Assembly: GCA_028534125.1 (NCBI GenBank)
Contig: CM052816.1
Coordinates: 25,670,001-25,734,000 of the forward strand
DNA: 64,000 nt
Source of the DNA: Lama glama
Taxonomy: Eukaryota
Direction of reading: 5' to 3'
The notes below the pieces were generated by a model. It was not told the origin of the DNA. It searched no databases and saw nothing but the letters and a program-made list of their open reading frames with translations. Positions within the stretch are counted from its first letter, which is position 1, and each line of letters begins with the position of its first letter. Positions 11,159-23,330 of this stretch are shown piece by piece. A program made the translations under genes and the position numbers.

Positions 11159-13194
11159 CACATGAACGCTTTTTGTCACTGCGTAATAGGAGCTGGATGC
11201 AGCAAACCACGCGGGGAGAGAGTTCTTCCCGGGGTGCCCCTTCACTGCCTGGTCTTCCTCTTGGCTCAGTTTATTCTGAACTTCATGTAGGGACTTTGGA
11301 CTTGGTTCTTCCTCAATCTTCATATGTTTTTTCTTATCACTATAACTTAACAAACTTGGCTCTTCCTTGTACTCTCTTCTGTAGAGTATGCTTTACTTTA
11401 AAAAAAAAAAGATAAAGTCCTATATTTGCTAAGGTATTTATTTCTTAGAAATTTGGAATGTCTTTTTAACTGTGTTAGTACTTTAGGATTATTATTCTTG
11501 GTGCTCTGTTTATAAAGTTGATCTGTTTGAATGATCAGACCAACCCTATTTAGCCAAAAACTCTATTATTTTCAGGGTACGATTTTTCAGAACATGAAGA
11601 CTTTCAGGAACATGTATATTATGTAAGAGCAGAAAAGCTTATAAGCAACACCTCCCTTTTAGACATTATTCTCTAAGACACGCAAAGCAAGTGATCTCAT
11701 TTTAGTTCCACTACTCCCCACCCACGCCAATAATCTCTACGCTTTCTGAGTAACCAGCAGCAAAGACACTACTTTTTGCCAAGCTGATTATTCAGGAACT
11801 AGTAAGTTGAACTTATGTTTCAGGACATCACAGTTACGATTGCAGAAATCATCTGAGTTCAGCTCACTCAGATTTACTTAATATGTCTATAAATCTTTAA
11901 ACTATAAAAATATCTTTTAAAGGGCAGCAAAATTTGGGAGTAGGAAAGAATTAAATTCATAATGTGAAATAAATTAAATGTAGTTGACTCCATTTTTATC
12001 ATAGTCTACACTATGTGGTTTTAGTGTTAATTTCAATGTTTCACTTGTAAAATGGTGAAACCCTGAGTCACCTGTTGTTTGGGAGAAAATAATCTTGTTT
12101 GTTGGTTGCTCCCGATCCCTTTGGGTTGCGTACTGACCCACGCCCCACATTGATTCAAGCTAGACTGTGGACTTCATTGTACCAGGATTGGCATACTGAT
12201 TGCAGAGGATTTTCCTTTATTCAGTTTAAAGTTAATTTTTAAAAGTCAAAGTTTTCATTGACTGTATTAACAAACTCAGTGACCTCAGTTTATATTTGAA
12301 AAGCACCACAAATGATACAGTGTCGTATTGGGACAGGCTAAAGTTTCCATCAATGTGATTAAAATAGTGATAATAAAACTTCAATAGACAAGAGGCTCAT
12401 GACGGACCACGTTCCATCAGTGTAATGGTTCCTAATCCAAATCATCCAATAATTCAGCTAGAATTTTGAATAAAGATTGCATTCAAGTTTTCAGGCAAAA
12501 AAGGTATACAGAGGCTCATTTGTGCATGCATAAAATATAATTGACTTGATAGTAATTGTCTGATGCTAGCAGAATAAAATATAACCACTTAAATGGCTTG
12601 CCTGACCACATAGACCTGACAGAACAATCCTCAGCCAAAACCAATCATTGTCGCAATAGTCATGCATTGTGGACTCAGTCAAAGAAATGTGTATTCAGAC
12701 TTGATGGCCTTTGTGTTTACTAGGACTTTTCTTCTTCTTTCTCTGGGTCCTGCAGAGCTGACTCTAACCCCCTTTGAAGTCTGTGGTAACCCTATGATCA
12801 GAACAGATGCACTGGAGTGGGATAGGAAGGAAAGGAGAAGGGAGCTCATTAAGTGCTCACATTTTTAGACCATTTTCTGTGGATTACAATGATTGTTGGA
12901 AGAGTTCTAGCTCTCTATTCAGAGATTTAAAAGTTAATATTTTAAGATACCAACTTACTATTGTAGTAACATGGGGGCTAGTGTCCTGGAAAGGAATAAA
13001 AGATTTTCCAAAAATAAAAATAATTAATATAATATCAATGAATTTGAAAAATAAGTCTTTAAAATGTATTTAATATGTTCCTTGCTCCTTTTTGAAATCT
13101 TTGATTTATGAACATGAGCAACATGACTGTATGTTTTTATTCACTGTGCACTTGCCCAAATAGCATGTTGCACATGGTTTATTTTATTTTATTT

Positions 13195-13520
13195 TATTCA
13201 TGTAAACAACGTTTTTGAATGCCTTCTGTGTCCAGATTCAGTATGCTAGAAACTTCAGATGTAGTGACGAGTCAGATAGTTTACATTATGGCGAAAGATA
13301 CAGAGAAAAATTGGAAAATAAATGAGAATTTGAGATTGCACTCAGGACTATGAAATAAATAAGAGAAGGCAGTTGTATGGACAGAGCAAGAGTGAGCATT
13401 TACTTTACATCGAGTGGCCAAGGAAGGCCTCTCTGGGTGTACCATCCTGGCAGAGGCTGGAAGAAGCCAGGAAAGCAGAGGTCCAGGCATCAGGAACAGC
13501 CAGTGCAAAGTTCCTGAGGA
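13195..13520 (-). mobile_element. L2 fragment(s)
   Basis: AACAACGTTTTTGAATGCCTTCTGTGTCCAG and GGAAGGCCTCTCTG...CAGGAACAGCCAGTGCAAAGTTCCTGAGG. Confidence 0.55.
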
Positions 13521-13689
13521 AAGTATAATTTAACTTGGTAATTACTAGTTTGTGTGCCATCTCTATCATATTATCAGCAAAAGCATTATGTCTTCTGGGA
13601 AGTAGCCATTCTGTGTTTATAATTAAATAATAAATGAGGATAAAAAATATCATGATTACTAATTGTTAATATCTATTGCTCTTCATGTA

Positions 13690-13861
13690 CTCCAGAATCT
13701 ATTCTAAATACTTCTCACAACAGCCTTGCAAAGTAAGTGAGGAAACTGAGGTTCAAGGTGGGTAAGTTGCCCCCGTGTTACACAGCTGACATCTCAAACT
13801 GGCTGACCTGGAATTTGAATCCAGGCTTTCTGACGTTAATGATCCCCCACCATTAACCACC
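13690..13861 (-). mobile_element. MIR
   Basis: TCTCACAACAGCCTTG...TGAGGAAACTGAGGTTCA...GGAATTTGAATCCAGGC...TTAACCAC. Confidence 0.8.
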
Positions 13862-14234
13862 TGTTATGGTGGTTACACTGAATTGTGTTCCTCCCCAAAT
13901 CCGTATGTTGAAGCTATAACCCCCAGGACTTCAGAATGTAACTGTACTGGGAGATAGGGTCTTTAAAGAGATGATGGAGTTAAAATGAGGGCATCGGGCA
14001 ACCCAATCCAGTATGATTGGTATCCGTACAAAAATAGGAGATTTCACACTGAAACACACAGAGAGGGAAGACCAGGTGAAGACAGGGAAATGACAGCATC
14101 TACAAGCCAAGGAGGAAAGCCTCAGAAGAAACCAATCCTGCTGGTGCCTTGACCTCAGACTTCCAGAGAGCTTGCAGAACTGTGAGAAAAGAGGTCTCTG
14201 GTATTTCTTATGGCCACCCTAGCAAACTAACACA
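13862..14234 (+). mobile_element. MaLR solo LTR, MLT1B-like
   Basis: TG...CA termini, TCAGAATGTAACTGTACTGGGAGATAGGGTCTTTAAAGAG, ends CCCTAGCAAACTAACACA; 5-bp TSD CCACC/CCATC. Confidence 0.9.
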
Positions 14235-14643
14235 CCATCCTACAAGGCTAGCAGAACAGAAACGTAGAACAGTTGTTCAACAGCAATGTTATAAGAAGAA
14301 AAAAGAGTTGACTTGAGCCCAGGTCACTTGTTTGTGTTTTTAGCTCTGCCATGTACAAGAATTTTAAAGGGAAACATCGATAATGCTCTATTTCTTCATT
14401 ATCTGTGGTCTGAGTATGACGTTAATGATGTAAGAAGGCTGATTGATACTTTTGTAGGTAAATCAAATGATTTGTCTTGCCCACACAGCTAATCTTTATA
14501 CTTTTCCTCTGAGTAGTTGTCTCATGAAGATGGAAAAGAAAACAAAATAATCAACTCACAGTATAAGAATCATCTCATTATTCAAAGACCCTCAATGTTC
14601 AAATTTTCAACTTAAAGGATTGTGATGATTCTAAATGTGTATT

Positions 14644-15442
14644 TGTGCTGGTGAGTGATTTGTTTCTGCTCAGCTCCAAATTAACCCTTTTTGCCTGCTC
14701 TTTGAAAATGGACCTGTGCCCTTTAACTATGTTCCCTTTACTGACAAGTATGATGTTAAGTGTTGTCAGTAGAGAGCACTGGAGACACATTGCAGGAGGA
14801 GAAGGATTTGCTTCCTGGTTCAGGTGTCCTGGCACCTCAGACTCCTGAGCATGGGCATTTTCTCCACATCTGGCACCTGCAGCACGGGTGGATTCTCCAG
14901 GTCCAGCTCCTGCAGTGCACACTGCTTCCTCAGTGCCCAGCTCCTGCAGCACGGCTGGCTTTTCCAGCACCAGAATCTTTGTGTGCTCACAGGTTCTCCA
15001 GTGCATGGTCCTTGTAACCTCCTACAGCACCTGCCTCAGGTGGTTCTACACTAGAGTACCTCCAATGAGACACCTTCCCAGGTACAGCTTTCCCTGGCAT
15101 CCTAGAGGGTGGATTTCCAGAAAGTTCCACTAGCAACTTTTCTTCCATCTAGCAGATGAGCCAAAGCCATGCCTCTCCAACAAGACATAGATCTCAGCTC
15201 TGGGGGGTTTCTTCCTTGGTTTTTTTTTGCCCTCAGCCATAGGGGTAGTAATATGTTACATGCTTTATTTTATATTATTATATACTAGTCTATCTACCAC
15301 TGCTTCTTTCTTTAGAGTTCTCTCTGTTCCCTACTAGCCAATACCTCAGTACTCAAGTCTCTTAAGTTAATAGTTCTACAGTAAACTTGCCCTGTTCAGA
15401 TTCCTGTGTGGTTTCTCTCCTGATTGGACCCTGACTGATAAC
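14644..15442 (+). mobile_element. ERVL solo LTR, LTR41-like
   Basis: CTCAGCTCCAAATTAACCCTTTTTGCCTGCTCTTTGAAAATGGA near the 5' end; ends CCTGATTGGACCCTGACTGATA. Confidence 0.78.
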
Positions 15443-15993
15443 AGTACTTAAGGTTTTGTTTGATGTTCCAAGTTAGATTGTCATAAGAACAAGAATCATA
15501 CTATAACATTACTTTTTACTTCAAGGGCAATAAAAAAGTAACCCTCCCTCTCATACTGGTAACCCTGGAGAATACTAGCCCAGGACCATGGTACCTTGAC
15601 TGGCTTGTGGTCTGTACTCTGCAGCACATGGCTGGCCATCCGTGGTGGACCATAGCTCACAGTGTTCATGAAGTTGATGTTCCACAAACATTAAGATGAG
15701 ACCCCAATTCTGATAGTTCATCCCATTTCTCCTCCTTCCCACCTCCCCCTACTTCAGACCTTCCTCATGTCTGCCCCTGTCCCCGGCCAGGAGAGCCTTT
15801 TATTTTGTCATTACAATCTAAAAGACAGTTGTCTCCTGAACTACAGTCATTTCGGTGATTATTTTGACTGTACCAGAAAGGATTTTTTTCCTCTTCCGTC
15901 CTAATTTGTGGTCCCCACTCTTTGTTTATCATGAGCCCCTGCTTTATATTGTAGGACTATAAAATTACATATATACATATGAATACACATACA

Positions 15994-16471
15994 CAGGCTT
16001 ACCTCAGAGACACTGCAGATTTGGTTCCAAACCACAACAATAAAGCAAATATCACAATAAAACGAGTCACAAAATTTTTTTGCTTTCCCAGTACATATAA
16101 AAGTTATGTTTACACTAGGCTGCAGTCTATTATGTACACAATGGCAGTATGTCTAAAAATGGGACATACCTTAATTAAAAATACTTTATTGCTAAAAAAT
16201 GCTAACCATCATTTGAGCCTTCAGTGAAATGTCATTTTTTCTGCAATAGTAACATCAAATATCATTGATCACAGGTCACCATAACAAATACAATAATAAT
16301 GGAAACGTTTGAAATTTGGAGAGAATTACCAAAATGTGACACAGTGACACAAATTGAGCAAATGCTATTGAAACAATGGTGCCAATAAACTTACTCCTCT
16401 CAGGGTTGCCACAAAACTTCTATTTGAAAAAAACAAAAAGGCAATATGTATAGTAAAACAAGGTATGCGTG
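15994..16471 (-). mobile_element. Internally deleted, non-autonomous Tigger1 derivative (Tigger1a_Art-like), about 478 bp
   Basis: Both TIRs present (CAGGCTTACCTC at 15994; AAGGTATGCGTG then TA at 16472); the two halves correspond to the two ends of the Tigger1 at 7379-9726 and join near 16240. Confidence 0.9.
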
Positions 16472-18984
16472 TATATAAATCTTTCAGTTGCTCTCTTTTC
16501 TTGATGATTTCATATTGGTCATCCTTTTGTAGTACTATATCTTACATCTTCCTGCATTTTTAAGTCCTCTGAGAAAGTAGAAGTGCTAGCTTTATTTCTT
16601 CCTTACTGCAGATGTTCACAGTGGCAAATTGCTTTAAACACAAATCCATTATCTGAGTCGGATTCAGTCTGTTGGTAGTTTACTGTGTTGTCAGCACAGG
16701 ATTGATGTGAAAGTGCTATGTCTCATTGCCAAAATCCTCCGGTTTCCACTACATTTATATGATGATTTTGATGTGGGAAAGCTTAGATCTGAAAAGGTGC
16801 ATGGAAATGATGTCTCTCTATACCTCACCGGGTCAAGCTCCTGTTTAATGTCAAGAATTGGGTGTGTTTAATACTGAATATATCAGTCCCTTCCATCTTT
16901 CAGTGTAAATTTATTCCACTGAGTCCAGGAAAAACGATATAAATTTTCATTAAAGAAAACACTGTATTATGACAGCACTAAATGAATCATCTACAATCAC
17001 TTTTAAAAGGCTTGATTTATTTCCTGCACTTGGGAGGCACTATGTTGTAAAAATATTTTCACTAACAAGTATGAAATATTGCAATATATATTTTTATACA
17101 TACTGCCGTGTGGCTAATGTGTTTCATTTTTGTGTGTATCTACACACACGTGTGTGTCTGTAGTGGGCCCTCCAGGTAATTTTTTGGTCACATTTACCTC
17201 TTTAATAAAAAAAAAAAAAGGAAAACAAATTGGCCAAGCAGCCCAGACATACATCATGTTCATCAGAGCGGAAGATAATATTTTCCTGAAATGATTCATA
17301 CTCTCACCTTCCTGCAGGAGTTTTCTCCACCCAGTGACATAGTGACATAGTGAAATGTCACTGAAGTGAAGGCTATTTCATTTAGCCTTGAGCAAACACA
17401 GAAGCTGAACTGTGGATATGCAGAGTTCTTTTTCCTTCTAGGAGACATGGTTTTTAATGCATGTGTAACTGGAGCTCAGCTGAATCCGGAGAGCTGCTGC
17501 CTGATAAGAGCTTGCTTTGAAAACATGTGCAACGGAATGACTTGAATAACAAAATCCTGGGCAGAGTGTTCCTGAGCTAACTGCATTTGCACTCTGCAAG
17601 GAGATCAATGCTCCCCCTCATTGATTTTCCTCAGTGGCAGAGCCAGGATTATGCACATTGTGAAGCTGTGTTCCCAGATTCATCCAATCTGATTTCCTAG
17701 TCAGCACTAAAAAGGCACAGTGCTCAACTGGAAACTGGAGGTTATACAAGTATAACCGGATCAAATTTGTCCCTCCGCTGCCTGCACAGTGAACAGGAGC
17801 ACACTAACGTATTCCTGGTGGGATTCAAGGGCTGCCTAGGACAGGACGAATTCTGCTTGTGTGCAGCTTCTAAATAAATGGCAGAGATGCTAAAGATGCC
17901 TTGCATACTTCAGCATACCTCCCAAGATATTTTCCAAATGCGCCAGAGCTTCTTTCTGGAAGACCTGGAATACAAAGTAAGCATAGAAAGATATTATTCT
18001 CTTCCTAAATTCACAGATTGACTGTAGTCGTTCCGATTTTGAAATTGCCTTAACATTTATAATTGGAGAAGGTGGATGGTTAGAAGGCTGGAAAACTTAA
18101 GGGTCTACCAAAAAATTGAGGGTCGTCTTCACTGTAAACAGTTGGTAGCTCTAATGGTTAATGGGTTTGTTTTGCAGTTGCCACCATTCTTACTTTCCTT
18201 AACTTCATGGAACTTAATGTAATTCACGTTAGCGCTAACAGCCAACTGTAGTGCTAGCCAAATGAAAATACCCTGAAAAGATGACTTCAGCTCTTCCCCA
18301 ATTTTAACCTGTTAGTAAGGGGTGGTGGAGGGAGGAACACTGTCTCCTATGTTGAATTTTCCTCTCTTCACTCCGCTTTGAGGATGGGGAAGGTGTCTTA
18401 TTACAGCTAGAACTTCACATTTGCTTTTGAAAAAATGATGTAAAATAAGCCATTTCCTACCAAGACTAGATAAATGATTACACAGCTGCTTGCCTTTCAA
18501 ACAGAATTTGCTTAGAATCTGGGCTTGCCTGGGTGCTGGCTTCATTATCAAAGAGTGCTGTCACAGCTCACTCTCTGTGTGTACTGGGGAGCAGGGCGCT
18601 CTCTCACATGCCCACCTCTGACCGCTGCCTACTCTAGGGAAACGAAGTCTGGGGCAGAAGGAAGGAGGGTGAACACCAGAGACCTTTGGATAGACCCACA
18701 TTATCCAGGATGAACAGTTTCCACTTCCCAGACTTAACACACACATTGACCTGGCAGATCTCCCCTCCTATCTAGGAAGTAAAAGCATGTTTCCAGGTTA
18801 CCTAATCAGTGGACATTTTCCTAGTAAAAGATTAACCAAGTTGATCAGTTTTTCAGTGACAAAGTAAAAAGTGAATTCTCTGTTCCAAACCCCAAAACTT
18901 ACCCCACAGATCATCCTTCCTCTGAATCATTCACAAAGGCTTTTTATCTTTATTTTTTAAGCAATGCATTGCAAATTCATTCAT

Positions 18985-19193
18985 TTATTTATTTTTAAAA
19001 TTGAAGTCTGATCAATTTACAGCATTTTATTAATTTCTGGTGTACAGCATAGTGATTCAGTTATACATATATATATTCCTTTTCGTATTCTTTTTCATTA
19101 CAGGCTATTACAAGGTATTGAATATGGCTCCCGAAGCTATACAGTAGGACCTTGTTCCTTATCTGTTTTATGTATAGTAGTTAGTATCTGCAA
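18985..19193 (-). mobile_element. Short 5'-truncated L1 3'UTR, artiodactyl-type
   Basis: TTTCTGGTGTACAGCATAGTGATTCAGTTATACATATA...CTATACAGTAGGACCTTGTT...TATAGTAG with a T-rich tail on the left. Confidence 0.8.
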
Positions 19194-20729
19194 AGACTTT
19201 GTAAAGATTAAATAAATATTGTTTCTCAATGTAAATGTAAAAGAGACCAACTCAGCCTTAACCACTAAAAGCTAACACATCTTGGTTTGCTTATGTATTT
19301 CTATACTACAGGGTGCACAGTATGCATTTTACTTGCTGGCACTGACAGTAAAATGTAGTTTTCCATTTATTATTTACAAGTGTCAGTGATTTTCAAGTAA
19401 CTGATGTTGGATTAATTACATTCATTAAAAAATTTTTTTACATTAATATTTAAATGATAGTAGTCTAAGTACTTTTTAACTGAAGTAACTTATATATATC
19501 CCCTATAGTAATTTTGCGATATTTGAAACTTATATCAGAATTGTTTTCCTTGAGTGCAAAGGAACACATTCTTCTGTTCCTCCCTAGGGAACTTTCCCAT
19601 TGGAGTGGTCTCTTTAATAACGTCTTCTCAGAAAGTGTGTTGTTATAACTGGTGCCGTTGATTCAGTGATAGTAGTCTAAAATAAACATCACGAAGTAAT
19701 TTGATAATGAATAAGGAGGAGGAGATACCATTGTTTAACCTCCAAACTATGCTAATAAGTAGGGTGATAGACTTACCATGCTGAATAATGGGACTGTTAT
19801 TCTAGCCCAGGGGGCTGTCTCCGCAGCCTCCTGGGAGGATTTGCCAGGCCAGGCTGTGTGTTGTTCCCGAGTGCACTTTGCAGAGCCCCCAGTATCTGGT
19901 TACAGCACATTTATTAAAGGAAATCACAATTTGGAAGAAAAGCACATTCTCTTCTCTTTCAAATAAGAAGCATCCCTGTGTGTTACTTTCTGTTTACTTG
20001 TTTTACCTAGGTCAAACCGAAGACTAATTCGGAAAAATAATTATTCAGACAAAGAACTATAACATCGAGGGAATTTCATTCCTTTGAAATTTCTGTTTTA
20101 AAGGGGCCATTTTAACACCGTCAGAAAAAAAGATGTTTTCTATGTAAAGCCTGAACATGCTAATATATTGTTATACACAGCATAAAGTTAGGGGTGTTTG
20201 AACAGTGGAAATAGAAAGCATTTGTAGTTATTCAACCCTGAATACTTAGGACATTTCATTTCTTTTTACAGCAACCATATTCAGTCAATAAAAGATCAAA
20301 TGCTTTTGGTTACTGGACTGAAAAAAATCAAATCCTCCGAACTTTTAGCACTTGATGTTCCTTGAGTACTTGCTCTCAGCTATAGCTCATTAAATGAGCT
20401 GATTCACCACTGAGTCTATAAATTGAAACAAAAGCAAAGACCTTTTTTTTTCCTTCACTTTTCAAAGTAGATGGCACCAAACTGAAACACACCTAAATCT
20501 AGGTTGTTTACACATTTTTTCTGTGCCTCTTGCGTATTCTGCAGAATGAATACATGTCCATTAATCTGGCAATTTTTCAGTACAAATCCAATTAGGAATT
20601 CTCTGGCTAGGAGTGGTAAACCTGTGATTATTGATTGATAACTGGAGATTGAGGGGAGATGATACAAAAGGTAAAGGAAGGTAGATAAGCTGGGTCTTTT
20701 GTAATGGCATGACTTGCATTTACTTAACA

Positions 20730-20960
20730 GTGTTTATTGAATTTTGTTTATTTCATTTCACACAAAAAATACAGCATTAGGCACGATTCTAGGCATTTTA
20801 TAAATATGGTATGCAGACAACTCTATGACATGGGTGTTACCACTTATCCTTAAAGGGGATGAACCAGGCCGCAAAGCTCACAGAGCTAATAAGCAACAGA
20901 GTTGGACTTGAATCCAGGGACTATTACCTAGAGTTGATCCTCTCAACCAGTATACTACAC
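20730..20960 (-). mobile_element. MIR
   Basis: AGGCACGATTCTAGGCATTTTA...CAACTCTATGA...GGACTTGAATCCAGG...AACCAGTATACTA. Confidence 0.7.
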
Positions 20961-21359
20961 AACCTCTTGCCTCTTTTTTAATGGATGCTAAGTAAAGAGA
21001 TTTTTTTTCCTGTAAGGCTTGCCAAATGAGGAGTCCCAAAGAATCTGAAGTGGATTGCCCAAGAAATATAGTAGCTAAGGTATTCACACCACCCATTTCT
21101 GCAATCTCCTTGTAGTACACATCTCATTAATAAGATGCAAATCTAAAACCCTGTGCATTCTGGCACATGTGAATGCTGATTCACTAATTTTAAACCAAAT
21201 TTCCGCCTGAGAGGTAATACTGGTAATATTACTGATTCTCTATTTCGATCTTATTTTTCCTGTAATTTGTATCCTAAATCAAAGAAAAGGTTAGCAACAA
21301 TTTTGGGGTCTTAAAGCCAAGATGGTATTTCAGTAACAGCTCTGCAGTACTCTCTAAAC

Positions 21360-22785
21360 AATCTCAAAACAATCTTGAAAAAACAAAGTTGGAGGACTCA
21401 GACTTCTTGATGTCAAAACCTAACCACAAACCTGCAGTTATCAGGACAGTGTGAAACTGGCGTAAGGACAGGCATATAGATCAACGGGACAGATTTGAGG
21501 TATAGAAATAAACCCTCATAATTGCTGTCAGTTGATTTTCAACAAGGTACCAAGACAATTCAGTGGGGAAAGCATGGTCTTTTTCAAAAAAATGACGCCA
21601 GTACAACTAGCTAGCCATATGCAAAATGATGAAGTGTTGGATCCCTACCTCATACTTCACACCACATACAAAAAACAACTTCAAAAAGATTAAAAACTTT
21701 ATATAAAGGCTAACCTATGAAACTCTTAGTTGAATACATAGATGTAAACCTTCATGACCTTGAATTAGTTGATGATTTTCTTAGATACAACAACAGCACA
21801 AATAATAAAAGAAAAAGATAATCTGGACATCATCAAAATTAAAATTTTATTCTTCAAGTGACAATATCAAGAAGCTGTAAAGACAGTTCACTGAATGCAA
21901 GATGTTTGCGAATCATATGTCTCATAAGGGACTTATATCCTGAATATATAAAGAATTCTTACAACTCAATAATAAAAAGATAAATAACCCAATTAAAAGG
22001 AGCAAGAGATCTGAATAGACGTTTCTCCAAAGAAGATATTCAAGTGATCAGTAAGCTCATGAAAAAAAAAAAGCTCGACATGATTATTCATCAGGGAAAT
22101 GCAAATCAAAACCACAAAGATAGACCACTTCACACTCATTAGGATGGCAAGAATTTTTAAAAGTATGTTGGCAAGAATGAGAAGAAATCAAAACTCATAC
22201 ATTGCTGCTGGGAATGTAAAATGTTGCTACTGCTTTGGAAATCATCTAGCAGTTTCTCAAATGGTTAAGTATAAAGTTGCCATACGATCCAGCAATTCTA
22301 ATCCTAAGTATATACCTACGAGAATTGAAAACACAAAAACACGAATGTTCATAGCAGCATTATTCATAATAGCCAGAAAAGAAGTTTACCCAACTGTTCA
22401 TCACCTGATGAATCAACAAAGTGTGGTTTAGCCATACAGTGGAACTGATACATGCTGTAACATAAATGAAACTTGAAAACACTATGTTAAGTGAAAGAAA
22501 CTAGTCACAAAGGACCACGTATTGTATGATGCCATTTACAAACAATGTTCAGAATAGGCAAATCTATACAGACAGAAAGTAGACTGGTTGACTGGGGCTG
22601 GAGGTAATTAGGAGGATGGGGGTAATGGCTAAGATACATGGAATTTCTTTTGGGGGCAATGACAGTGTTCTAAAATTGTAATGATGGTTACATAACTCTA
22701 TGAATATACTAGAAGACACTGAATTGTGCACTTTAAATGCATTAATTGTATAACATGTGAATTATGTCTCAATAAAGCCGTTTTG
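21360..22785 (+). mobile_element. L1MB-type LINE, ORF2 3' region plus 3'UTR
   Basis: AAAGTTGGAGGACTCAGACTTC; ORF remnant MQIKTT...HFTLIRMA (22099); 3'UTR ends GTGAATTATGTCTCAATAAAG. Confidence 0.92.
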
Positions 22786-22799
22786 TAAACATATTGAGC

Positions 22800-23330
22800 T
22801 ATACAGATAAAATCCCTGCCTTCGTGGTGCTTACCTCCTAGTAGGGGTAAGAACATGTCAAGTGGTGACAAGTGCTATAAAGAAAAATACGAAGTTGGAG
22901 AGTGATAGGGAGAGGTCATGGTGAGATACCATTTTATACAGGGTTGCCACTGAAGTCCTTTCTAATGAGCTGAACTCAAGAATTCTGTACGGAACATAGA
23001 ACACTGTAAGGACTTTTTACTTTAGATCAGATGAAAACTATTAGAGAGGGATCAGAACAAAGAATTGATGGGACCTGACTTCTGTTTAAAAGGACTGTGC
23101 CATCTGCTATGTAAAGAATTGGTTATAGGTTTGCAAGAGAAGAAACAGTGAGACTGATTAAGAAGTTATTTCAGTAATCAAGTCAGAAATAATGGTGACT
23201 TGGATCAAAGTGGTAGTAGCAGAGATGATAAAATGAGTTGAGGTGTATTTTGAGAGAAAGATTTTGAAGATTGGGCTGGCATAATTTTGGATGTGAAAGG
23301 AAAGAGAAGTTAAGGATGACTTGAGCTATA
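22800..23330 (-). mobile_element. L2 fragment
   Basis: AAATCCCTGCCTTCGTGGTGCTTACCTCCTAGTAGGGG; GACCTGACTTCTGTTTAAAAGGA; AATGGTGACTTGGATCAAAGTGGTAGTAG. Confidence 0.75.

Noticed and set aside
11442..11450. Isolated STAT5-type GAS motif TTCTTAGAA (another near 54886)
   Set aside because: Single 9-mers of this type are expected by chance in 64 kb of AT-rich DNA, with no clustering or other support.
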